Assembly: GCF_004010195.1 (NCBI RefSeq)
Contig: NC_057753.1
Coordinates: 11,060,392 to 11,106,907, forward strand
Direction of reading: 5' to 3'
Source of the DNA: Chiloscyllium plagiosum
Lineage: Eukaryota
Length of the DNA: 46,516 bases
The notes below the pieces were generated by a model. The model saw only the letters and a program-made list of their open reading frames with translations, did not search any database and was not told where the DNA came from. Made by a program: the position numbers and the translations under genes. Position 1 is the stretch's first letter. Each line of letters begins with the position of its first letter. Positions 21,757 to 32,164 of this stretch are shown in pieces.

Positions 21757-22410
21757 TTGACTTTTACAATGGTTAAGCTCAGTGACCATGGGAATGGAAT
21801 AAGGAATGTACAGATTTGGCAAAAAATAGCATTTGTTTCTTTCCCATGACAGTTTTGTTGATTAGATTAGATTCCCTACAGTATGGAAACAGGCCCTTCG
21901 GCCCAACAAGTCCATACCGACCCTCTGAAGAGTAACCCACCCAGACCCATTCCCCACATATGCACCTAACACTATGGGCAATTGCTATAATGAAATGGCT
22001 AAAATACAGATGTATCCCAGGTATTAATCTATAGCTGACGTAAATAAAGCCACATAAATGGCTTTTGTTTACTTAAGGGAAACTATACTGAAAGCATTAA
22101 CTATCTGGTTCACATGCAGTGACACAAATACAGACACATCAGCAGCTATGCTTAATAATACTAAATTTATTAATTATCTAATGGGAACCTAATAAAAAAT
22201 ATTATATGGTGAGAATTAGAGAAAATAAGATAATAACGCATATTAAGGGTACAAATTATGCTGTCCCTAAGATTTAGAGATTCATTAGCATATTCAGGGA
22301 TATCTATGATTGATACTCTTGATTATTGACTATTGATCTGTCACCAGCTGAATTACAATACAGTGTGTTTTTTTTGTAACTTACTTGTGGTCTGAGAATT
22401 TGAGTTAACA
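21757..22410 (+). mobile_element. ERV 3' LTR (5' edge unclear; contains a SINE tail fragment at about 21861-21985)
   Basis: Diverged direct repeat of 15055-15612. It ends gagttAACA at 22410, abutting ZNF 3'UTR sequence. Confidence 0.75.
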
Positions 22411-22462
22411 CCCAGAACTGGACTGATAGTCCAGTCAATAACGGCACACAGCCGTAGCTCCT

Positions 22463-23404
22463 TCAATCCCTCTGCAATGGCAAGTGAACTCGCTGGTGCC
22501 TCTGCAGGTGGGAGGAGCGGGTGAAACCTTTCCCACACTCAGAGCAGATGAATGGCCTCTCCCCGGTGTGAATCTGCTGGTGTTTCTGCAGGCTGGAATA
22601 GTCCGTGAATCCCTTCCCGCACACAGAACAGGAGACCAGTCTCTCCTCGGTGTGGATCTGCCCGTGCGCCAGCAGGGCAGTTGAATGGGTGAAACCTCTC
22701 CCGCAGACGGAGCAGATGAAGGGCCTCTCCCCAGTGTGAACACGCCGGTGTCTCTGCAGGGCAGAGGAGTTAGTGAATCCCTTCCCACACTCAGAGCAGG
22801 TGAATGGCCTCTCCCCGGTATGAATGTGCCGGTGTCTCCGCAGGTCAGAGGAATTAGTAAATCCCTTCCCGCACTTGGTGCAGGTGAATGGCCTCTCCCC
22901 GGTGTGGACCCGTTGGTGTCTCCGCAGGGCAGATGAACTATTGAACATCTTCCCGCACATGGAGCAGGAAAACGGCCTCTCTTCAGTGTGAATGCGCTGG
23001 TGCATCAGCAGGGTAGACAACCGACTGAACGCCTTCCCGCACATGGAGCAGGAAAACGGCCTCTCCTCAGTGTGGATGCGCTGGTGCATCAGCAGGGTAG
23101 ATGACTGGGTGAACACCTTCCCACACACGGAGCAGGAAAATGGCCTCTCTTCAGTGTGGATGCGCCAGTGCGTTCGCAGGGTAGATGACTGACTGAACTC
23201 CTTCCCACACACAGAGCAGGTGAACGGTCTCTCCCTTGTGTGAACCCGCTGGTGGGTCACCAGGGTGGATAAATGAATGAATGCCTTCTCGCACACAGAG
23301 CAGGTGAATGGTCTCTCCCCCGTGTGACTGCGCCGATGGCGTTCAAGCAAGGATGGGAATTTGAATTCCTTCCCACAGTCCCCACATTTCCACGGTTTCT
23401 CCAT
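22463..23404 (-). CDS. Intact C2H2 zinc-finger protein, 11 tandem fingers, 313 aa, no effector domain in this exon
   Basis: Uninterrupted ORF MEKPWKCGDCGK... with 11 CxxC-x12-HxxxH units and TGERP/TEERP linkers. An in-frame TGA lies shortly upstream of the ATG at 23404. Confidence 0.93.
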   Translation of the reverse strand: MEKPWKCGDCGKEFKFPSLLERHRRSHTGERPFTCSVCEKAFIHLSTLVTHQRVHTRERPFTCSVCGKEFSQSSTLRTHWRIHTEERPFSCSVCGKVFTQSSTLLMHQRIHTEERPFSCSMCGKAFSRLSTLLMHQRIHTEERPFSCSMCGKMFNSSSALRRHQRVHTGERPFTCTKCGKGFTNSSDLRRHRHIHTGERPFTCSECGKGFTNSSALQRHRRVHTGERPFICSVCGRGFTHSTALLAHGQIHTEERLVSCSVCGKGFTDYSSLQKHQQIHTGERPFICSECGKGFTRSSHLQRHQRVHLPLQRD

Positions 23405-23484
23405 CACACGGGAATTCTCGTTTCTCTCCAGCTTTGAAACTCAGTTGAAGGACCACTCACACACGGAACGTGTTCAGTCTCTCG

Positions 23485-24290
23485 CCACTGCCATTCATCA
23501 AGCTTGCTCTGCAATTCAAGAAGATCATGTGTGTCCTGTTGTGTCCTTAATTCCATTTCCTGCCTGCCTCCATAACCTTTCATTCCCTTGTCACTCAAAA
23601 TTCTTTTCAATTCAGCCTTGAATACATTCAAAGAGCCAGTCTCTACTACTCCCTGTGGGGGAGCATTGCAAAAACTAACAAGAGAGAATAATTTATTCAT
23701 CTCTGCCTAAAATGAGATACCACGTTTTTGTAATCTGGGTCTTCAAATTCTAGATTCTCTGACAAGGAAGCATTTTATCTAAATCTACCCTTACAAGCTC
23801 AGTTCTGGTCACCCAATTATCAGAAGGGTATTATCAAACTAGAGAGAGTTCACAGGAAACTTACAAGTTGTTGCCTGGTGTGGAAGATTTGAAGAAATGT
23901 TGGATCGGCTGGGCCTTTTTTCACTGGAGTGTAAGAGGTTGTGAGAAGGGAAGTTCATAAAGTAATGAGAGGTATAAATATAGACGATTTCACAAATGGG
24001 GGCATATTTATAATGTGAGGAGAGAGATCTGAAAAAAAGACAAGGACCTTTTTTTTTCATAGAGTGTGGGTCACATGTAGAATGAACTTGCTGAAGAAGT
24101 GGTAGATGCTGGTACAATTACAACATTTAAAAGATTTTTGGATAGGTACATGAATAGGAAAGGTTTGGAGGGATATGGGCCAGGAGCAGGCAGGCAGGAC
24201 AGGTGCGATTACGTTCGGCATGGACCGATTGGACTGAACGGTCTGTTTCTGTGCTGCGTAATTCTGTGACTATAACTCTATGACTGTACT
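23485..24290. mobile_element. Old CR1-type 3' fragments in the putative ZNF intron (about 23485-23790 minus; 23795-24290 plus)
   Basis: PQGVVETGSLNVFKAEL (minus); gaagtggtagatgctggtacaattacaacatttaaaag and the tail gtctgtttctgtgctg (plus). Confidence 0.8.
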
Positions 24291-24475
24291 AGAAAAGCAC
24301 AGCAGTCAGGCAGCATCCGAGGAGCAGGAAATTTGAAGTTTCAGGCAAAAGCCCTTCATCCGGAACTTTCGCTCGAAACGTCAATTTTCCTGCTCCTCGG
24401 ATGCTGCCTGACCTGCTGTACTTTTCCAGCACCACTCTAATCTCGACTCTGATCTCCAGCAGTGCTTACTTTCGC
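24291..24475 (+). mobile_element. Penelope-pLTR-derived fold-back mini insertion (imperfect arms)
   Basis: 15-bp TSD ctctatgactgtact (24276-24290 / 24476-24490). Arms about 24292-24352 / 24366-24426. The minus strand has a mutated core cGGATGAagggcttttgcctGAAActtc. Confidence 0.88.
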
Positions 24476-24640
24476 CTCTATGACTGTACTGCCAAGCAGC
24501 TAATTATAATTTGCCGTGGCGTTAAATGCTAACCATCTCCTGGGGAAGCCCACCCCTTTAACTGCGAGTATTAACCAAACAAATAAATCTGCCGGGTGAA
24601 GGAAGCAAAGCCTGTCGATGTCTTCAACAGTGAGACCAAG

Positions 24641-24760
24641 GTAAAAACAAGGACTGCAGATGCTGGAAACCAGAGTCTAGATTAGAGTGGTGCTGGAAAA
24701 GCACAGCAGTTCAGGCAGCATCCGAGGAGCAGGAGAATTGACGTTTCGGGCAAAAGCCCA
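24641..24760 (-). mobile_element. Penelope-pLTR-derived 120-bp insertion without fold-back
   Basis: 16-bp TSD caacagtgagaccaag (24625-24640 / 24761-24776). Starts at hammerhead stem II gggcttttgcccGAAACGTC. Confidence 0.88.
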
Positions 24761-24899
24761 CAACAGTGAGACCAAGCCAACCTTTCCAGAGTCTCTCCCC
24801 TCTCCTCTCCCCTCTCCCCTTCTGGATGAATTTCATTTCCTTTCAGCTCCTGCAAGTCAACAATTGAATTCCAGAATGGAAACCGGGGTGAGAAAAGAG

Positions 24900-25300
24900 A
24901 GTGCCGTACTTACAGCTGATTGACAGAGGAACGAAGTTGCAGTCTGGGATAAAGCTCTATCTTCACTCGGATAGAGAGGAGCTGCGGCTTCTCCAACTCA
25001 TGGGTCCAACTTTGCATTACGACCCTAGGCTAGCTCTGATTGGCGGGAGGACCGGAAGAAGGCCGGTCCTCCAGCGATTCAATTGGTCAATCTCCAAGGC
25101 AGCTGACCGTAGTCTTTTGTGATGCAAAGGGTTCGGCCACCGCCGGACCAGCAATTTGGAACACGGGGTACGTCCCCGGCCGGAACCGTGGCTCCTATTG
25201 GCTCCTTCAAGGAGTTCCCGCCCCTATATTCGACGTCATAACGCCGAAGGAGCCCTCTCAGTTTCAGAGTGAAACTCCCTCCTCTGGGTAATATCTAAGA
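24900..25300. promoter_or_regulatory. CpG-rich, probably bidirectional promoter between divergent ZNF genes
   Basis: Three ATTGG (CCAAT) boxes near 25039, 25082 and 25197, CRE-like gacgtca (25232), cccgccc GC box. Minus-strand donor-like CT|GTAAGT at 24908-24913. Confidence 0.7.
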
Positions 25301-25719
25301 GTGAAGTAATATCTACTCCTTTCCATTTCTCATTCAGGAAGAGGGAGAAAGGAAGGAGGGAGAAGGGAGAAGGGAGAGAGGAGTACTGTTTACTTGTTGC
25401 AACTGGGGTAAATCCAGGGAGGGAGCAGACTCTGCAAAGGTGCTCAGATGCACTCTGACCCTCTTGGAGATATTGTCATTTTCCCCCTCAGTTTGACACG
25501 TTTATTAGAATACAATTTACACCTTGGAAAAAGATTGCCTTTTTCCTCATATTCATAATTTCATTCCATGGTTTCTCATGGAATGGAGCAGCATTTAAAC
25601 CATTAGCACATTGATATAAAATGTACATATATGTTGCTTCTTGTGGTGTACATCTGATATTATTTGCTGTTGTAAAAGCTTCATGGCTACTATTTTTCAT
25701 CTCCTAATCACTATTACGA

Positions 25720-26263
25720 TGGGGATTCCCTTCCCCAAAGGTCTCTCCCCAGATGCATTAACACTGGGGAGAGACCTTTCTCCTGCTGTCAGTGTAGGCA
25801 GACATTCATTAGTGCATCCCACCTCATGACACACCAGAGCAATCACACCCGCGACAGGCAGTTCATCTGCGGGAAAGCATTCATTGATTCTTCCAGCCTG
25901 CTGAAACACCAGCAGGTCCATACTGGATAGGGTCCATGTGTAGGCAGGGGTCAGTCAGATGGGCGATCTGTGGAAGCACCAATGGGTGTACGTGGTCAAG
26001 AGGCCATTCACCTGCCCCGAGGGAGGGAAGGGCTTCACTCATGTGACCAACTTGCAGAAGCAGGAGCAGTTCTGCATGTGGGAGAGGACCTTCAGATGCC
26101 CCGCGTGTGGGAAGGGGTTGACTTGCTCGGCTAAGCTGCTGACCCACCAGCGGGTTCACACCGGGCACAGCCCGCTCACCTGCTCTCAGTGCGAGAAGGG
26201 CTTCATTTGCTCCTCCCACCCGTGGAGTACCAACAAGTTCACATGCCATCACAAGGGGATTGA
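25720..26263 (+). pseudogene. C2H2 ZNF pseudogene
   Basis: TGERPFSCCQCRQTF..HLMTHQSNH, RPFTCPEGGKGF, FRCPACGKGL..LLTHQRVHTG, LTCSQCEKGF; stops, frameshifts and lost Cys/His residues. Confidence 0.9.
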
Positions 26264-27822
26264 AGGAGCGATGGCAAGTGACAATTTCAACTGCACTATC
26301 AACCCAGTTCTGGGGACTCCTGGGTTCGAATCCCGCTGTGGCAGATGGCGAAATTGGAATTCGGTCAGAAATCTGGAGTTCAGAATCAAATGATGAAATC
26401 ATTTTCAGGGGAAAACAAATCCCCATCTGATTCACTCATGTCCTTTTTAGGGAAGGAAACTGCCATTGCGGGAAAGGATTCACTCAGTCATCCCAGCTAC
26501 ATCCTTTACCCAGTTTGGCCTGCACATGACTCCAGACCCACAGCCGTGTAGTTGACTCTTGATATTGTCCCCCCTCCCCCGACACATGAGCAGCGAGCAA
26601 GTCACTTGGATACAGTGTGTAAGTTGAAATTGCTGAGTGAGGCAATACTTGCTACAGGTTAACGCTGTACCAAGGATCCAGTTACAAAGGGACAACTCAG
26701 CTGACGAATAGTAAAGAAAGTGGTGGCGGTGGGGGTAATGTTTGTGCTTTGACCTTGTGTTGTTTTAAAAAACTACTTTTTGTACGCCTTTTTGCTGGAA
26801 GACCTGAAGCTGTAACAAAGTTGGATCACAGTAAAGGTTACCTGAACTTACTGCCGGGCTCAGACTCTCATTGAAAGCTGTGAGACACAAAAGGTTTCTG
26901 TTTTAAAACAGCTCATTTCTTACAGCCTTGTCATGTATCAGAAAGAGCAGTGAATGAGTAGCTGTTATCATTAGAAACTTAAAATTTTCATCTTTGCAGA
27001 TACTGCATCGTTTCATCAGCATTGTAAAGTTTACTGGCATCAGCGGGAGATGTGGGCTGTATTATCTAGAAATAAAGTTTAAAAATCACACAACACCAGG
27101 TTATAGTCCAACAAGTTTATTTGGAAGAACTAGTTTTGGGAGGGGTGCACCTTCATCAGGTAGCTGTGGGGAGATCATAAGACACAAATTTATCGCAAAT
27201 GATTACAGCATCATGCAACTGAAATGATATATTGAACAAACCTAGATTTCTGTTAAGTCTTTCATCTTTTAGAATGGGTTGCAGGTTTCGGTTCATTAAT
27301 ATGTAAATCCCAGAACTTTTTCTAAGTCACATTCTTGAGATAACTTAATGTTTTATTTAAAAACGTGACATCTCAGTTCAGACTATGATGTGATGTTAGA
27401 GTCTGTCTGTATCCCAATCTTGACTGGTTCTATTTCCAAAATATTTTGCGCCTTCTGAGTAAAATATAATGGATCTGCAAATATAATTCGGCAAATGCAA
27501 ATTCACCCCATAGACTTTGATGTGTGTATGCATGCATGAGAGAGAGTGTGTGTGAGTGTGTTCACGTGATATGCACGGGTGAGTGCGCATGAGAGAATGT
27601 GTGTTTGCGTATGTGCATGCTTGGTAAAGTATGTGTGTGATGGAATGTAAGCCTGTGTCTGAGAGACAGCGTGCATATGAGAGGGTCTGTTTGAGTGTGT
27701 GAGTATGTAAGAATGTGTGTGTCTGAGAGGGAGTGTATGGTGAAGTAGGGTCACCTGCAGTGTGACATGAATCCAAGGTCCCGGTTGAGGCCATCCTCAT
27801 GGGTTCTGAACTTGGCTATCAG
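26246..27822 (+). repeat. Copy 3 of the ZNF-3'-end module, including a Penelope 3' end (about 27078-27822, minus)
   Basis: Colinear with 243-1765. The minus strand encodes LIAKFRTHEDGLNRDLGFMSHCR* and has pLTR cctgatgaaggtgcacccctcccaaaactag. Confidence 0.9.
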
Positions 27823-28327
27823 TCACTTGTCCATGACGCCCAGATATCCTAACCTAATCCATTCCCATTTGCCAGTACTTGGCTCATATCCCTCTGAACC
27901 CTTCCTATTCACATACCCATCCAAATGCCTTTTAAATGTCATAATTGTTCCAGCCTCCACCACTTCCTCTGGCAGCTCATTCCATACACGCACCACCCTC
28001 TGCATGAAAAAGTCGCTCCTAAGGTCTCTTTTATATCTTTCTCCTCTCATTCTGACCACTACCCTCTGTTTCTGGACTCATCCACACCAGGGAAAATACC
28101 TTATCTGTTTATCCTATCCATACCCCTCATGATTTTGTGAACCTCTGTAAGGTCACCCCTCAGCCTCCAATGGTCCAGGGAAAACAGCTCCAGCCTATTC
28201 AGCCTCTCCTTTTAGCTCAAATCCTCCAACCCTGGCAACATCCTTGTGAATCTTTCCTGAAGCTTTTCAAGTATCACAACATCCTTCCGACAGGAAGTAG
28301 ATCAGAATTGCATGCAATATTCCAATA
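27823..28327 (-). mobile_element. CR1 3' fragment at the junction of two duplicated blocks
   Basis: RGERYKRDLRSDFFMQRVVRVWNELP. Confidence 0.92.
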
Positions 28328-28810
28328 TTCTCAATTTTTCTTTCAAATTAGGTTTATCGCCTGTTCAGAATAGGCCACATCCCAGGTCTCTAGTTTCATC
28401 ACTCATGTCAATCTGATATTCCAGTAATTCCATTGTATATATATATATATACCAATAAAATGTAAATGACTGTTTCATTGGCTACATAATGATCATCATT
28501 AAATATTCTGAGTAAATGTTATATTTGCACATGAACCTATCTAAAAGGGTCAAAAAGTAACAATTCTCTATAACTATGTATACTGGCTGAAATGCCTACA
28601 TCTTAGTATCACATTAGCAGGCTACATTTTCTTTCCAGAGAAGGGAGTTTTTTTTTTAAAAGAATAGCCTAAAGAGATTTTTATTATGCTAGCATAACTG
28701 ATCGTAGATCTACAATAGCACGTCCAAGGGTAGCTATCCCCACATCTCCTTCAATACCTGAAAATTGTTCAACTCACCCCTACATCTTCATCTTCATCAG
28801 TTTTTTTCAG

Positions 28811-29515
28811 TGTTATGAAGGTGTAGGGCTACCCTACCTTTTAAGAGAATTGAAAAGCTAGTAGGGACTTAGAGAAGCACAGAGAGTCCGGAACAAAGTA
28901 ACTATTTAACATTTGGTCAAAACAGCCAGCAACAGCTGGGCTGCCATGAGACAAAAACACATTCAAATTTGGCCAATTAGTTTAAATTATGCCGCATGAT
29001 ACCAAACACCATTTGAATTTAGTTTTTTGATAATATTAAAACCAACAACACAATCCAATGTTTTGGCATATAAAACCAGACAGTTTGAACAGTTAGCCAG
29101 AGGGCCAAAAGAGAACGCCAGAAGACCAACAGATGTTGGCTGCTGATAAGGGCTCTCTGAGAGGTACCTGTCTGGAGAAGGCGTTTACACAGAAAGAAAA
29201 ATAGAAACCAATCTGGAGACTAGAATCTACAGAGGAAACTTGACAAAGCTGACTCATTTTGAAACATGATTATTTTTCTGTAAATCGTAATTGGGATTTT
29301 TTTTATTGGACTAGTATTGTAGAGGGGGTAAGTAAAAGATAGGGTTAAGAGAAAGGAGTTGTAAATAATTGTTAGTTAATATTCTCTGTTAGACCTTTTG
29401 AAAGTCAATTCCTACTTTAATTAGTGACTTTTTTGAAAGTTCTTTGCCTCTCGATTTTTACCAGATTAAGGCACAGTTGTTTAAATGAGCTGAGGGGTTT
29501 CCCTGTGTCATAATA
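28811..29515 (+). mobile_element. Solo-LTR-like insertion found only in copy B
   Basis: Terminal inverted repeats TGTTATGA...TCATAATA, CCAAT at 29056, TATAAAA at 29069. Absent from copy A near 17030-17050. No clean TSD. Confidence 0.65.
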
Positions 29516-30261
29516 GTTAAAATTCGGGAGGCAAACGGTATTGCATTTCTGGAATTAAAGATTACCTTATCCGTTAAAACAATATTTGGAAATCCACTCT
29601 GTCCAGAAACTGAAATTCCAAACATGATCAAATCAAATTCTAAGAGATAATTTTTACCAATCTTTACAGCCTTTTTTTAAATCAACCTTTCCTGGCAGAT
29701 ATAGATTTAAGTTAGTACAGAAAGTATCTCAAGAGGATATAGCAAAATGCAGACTTAAATCAAAACATTCCCAGATCTCGAGTTCCAGGGACAAGAAAAA
29801 ACCCACCAACAAATGAAAGTACATTCAAAACAGACCACTAAGAGTTAAGACTTAGATCAGTGAGAGCAGGACCAAAAGCTTGTGTCAGTCTCTCTCTCTG
29901 TGCATTCAAATGTCTATTCAAATTTTTCAAAATTTCTACCAATTGTTTTATGTGATTGCAATTAAAAGCCATCAGGTGGAAATGGCTTCTCAGTCCTTTG
30001 TGTCCATTTCATCCATTTGTTGACAAAGTGATAGTTTTGGAAACAATTCCCCCTTCTATTGACAGCTGTCTCTCTCCCACTCACACTACCACAATCATTC
30101 AATCATTCAAACTGGACACCCTTTACTTCATATATTACAATTTACCAAGTTGCCCAATTCACACAAAGAATTTACCAAAATGTCCAATTTCTCTGAGGGG
30201 CCTCCAACCCCTATAAATCATTTTCCTGATCAGTTATTTCAACAGACCATATCAACAATAC

Positions 30262-30467
30262 AATAGACAATAGACAATAGGTGCAGGAGTAGGCCATTCT
30301 GCCCTTCGAGCCTGCACCACCATTCATTATGATCATGGCTGATCATCCTCAATCAGTATCCTGTTCCTGCCTTATCTCCATAACCCTTGATTCCACTATC
30401 CTTGAGAGCTCTATCCAACTAATCCAGAATCTGGGCCTCCACTGCCTTCTGGGGCAGAGCATTCCAC
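30262..30467 (-). mobile_element. Short CR1 3'-tail insertion
   Basis: (caataga)n tail and gtaggccattctgcccttcgagcc. TSD acaatac (30255-30261 / 30468-30474); empty in copy A. Confidence 0.85.
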
Positions 30468-31845
30468 ACAATACGGAGTGAGATATTTACCAAGGCTGTC
30501 CTCCTCTTTCTGTAACTTCATACGTTCACCCGGCCATATCCAAAGGAGTCAGCTCTCTAAGCCAAATCTGTTACGTAATGGGGAACACTTCCCTGACCAT
30601 GGTCACCAGTCCCAACTCTTTTATCTCAGGAACATTGCAGAACAGCCAAGGACACCCCACCGCAACCTAGAGCAACCTCATAAAAAAAACCCTTATAATC
30701 CTGCTATAGGTGGTTCATTTGATCCCTTCAAGGTACCAGTCTCACGAGGCCAGGGCAGATCATCTGTTGGGACACAAGGAGTGGTCTTAAGGTAAAATAC
30801 CTATGAGGCCTCCACTGTGTTGCATCGATCCAAACTCTTGGTCATTTACTCAGCCCAGAGAAACAGTCCTGATGTTGGGAAAAGAGCCACAGCACCAAAA
30901 TGTTGACTCAGAAATTCTTGGATCACACGTAAAGTACAAATTAAATGCACTTCATTGTAATTAATCTGGTGAGAGATCAATAATTTATAATCCAGAGTAT
31001 CAATCAAGATATCCATGAATGTACTAACGATAAATCTCTGATTTTTAGCAAAAAGCCAGCATACTTTATGCCCTTATGTTCGTAACAACTTTGTATGTTC
31101 CAGTTCCCACAATATAGTTTCAATTAAGTTTGCATAATTTGAACTACATAATTAATACATTTAGTGTTGTTCACATAGATTAAAACAAAGCTATTAATGT
31201 TTTCTCCATCTGGTGCCATTTGTATCAATGCAGATAAAACCTAAGATATCAGCATTCTATTCATGAGGTTATGGAAACTCTGTCTGGGAAAGGACAGACA
31301 CAAAGTTATGTCAAGATTCATGCCTTCTTCAATTCATTCTCATGGTCAATGTACATTATCGGTCATGTATTAAGAAGATCAGAAATAGGAATGGGAGTAT
31401 GTAATTGACTGTTGAGATGCTCTGTCTTTCATCACCATCCATGGCTGAACATTCATCTGAATTCTCTTCCCTGCACGGTTTTTTTCATGACTTCACTTAA
31501 TGAAGGGGCTCCACTTCAAGAGCTTGTGATTTCAAATAAACCTGTTGGACTATAACCTGGTGTCATGTGACTTATGACTAAAAAAATGGATTTGATGTTA
31601 TTACACATCGCTGGAGCAGTGGGCCTCAGGGCTCAGAGGTAGGGACAGTACCACTGAAGCACAAAAAAACTCTGTAGTAAATAGGAGTTCCCATTCACTC
31701 TTTTGAATGAATGGGAACTCCTTCGTCCTCGACAAGGGACACTACCGTTGTACCCCCAGCCCATTGGGTCCTCTCCTGTTGAATGAGTGAATAGGAATGG
31801 AAAGGGGTGGAGACACTGACATGTGTACGAACCTCTCCACTAATC

Positions 31846-32160
31846 GGCAGCACAGTGGCTCAGTGGTTAGCACTGCTGCCTCACAGCACTAGGGTCCCAA
31901 GTTGGATTCCCCCTTCGGGCAACTGTCTATGTGGAGTTTGCACGTTCTCTCCCTGTGTCTGTATGGGTTTCCTCTGAGTGGTCTGGTTTCCTCCCACAAT
32001 CCAAGGCGCAGGTCAGGTGAATTGGCCATGCTAAATTGCCACATAGTGTTCGGTGCATGAGTCAATGGTAAATATAGGGTAGGGGAATGGGTCTCGGTAG
32101 GTCATTCTTTGGAGGATTGGTGAGGACATGTTAGGCCTGTTTCCATACTGTAGGGAATCT
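31846..32160 (+). mobile_element. HE1-type SINE inserted in promoter copy B
   Basis: Full head, V-domain and tail. TSD-like ctaatcg (31840-31846 / 32159-32165). Confidence 0.93.
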
Positions 32161-32164
32161 AATC

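Noticed and set aside
22480..23400. 84-bp periodic repeats resembling a CRISPR or satellite array
   Set aside because: They are the 28-codon C2H2 finger repeats of a coding exon in a vertebrate genome.
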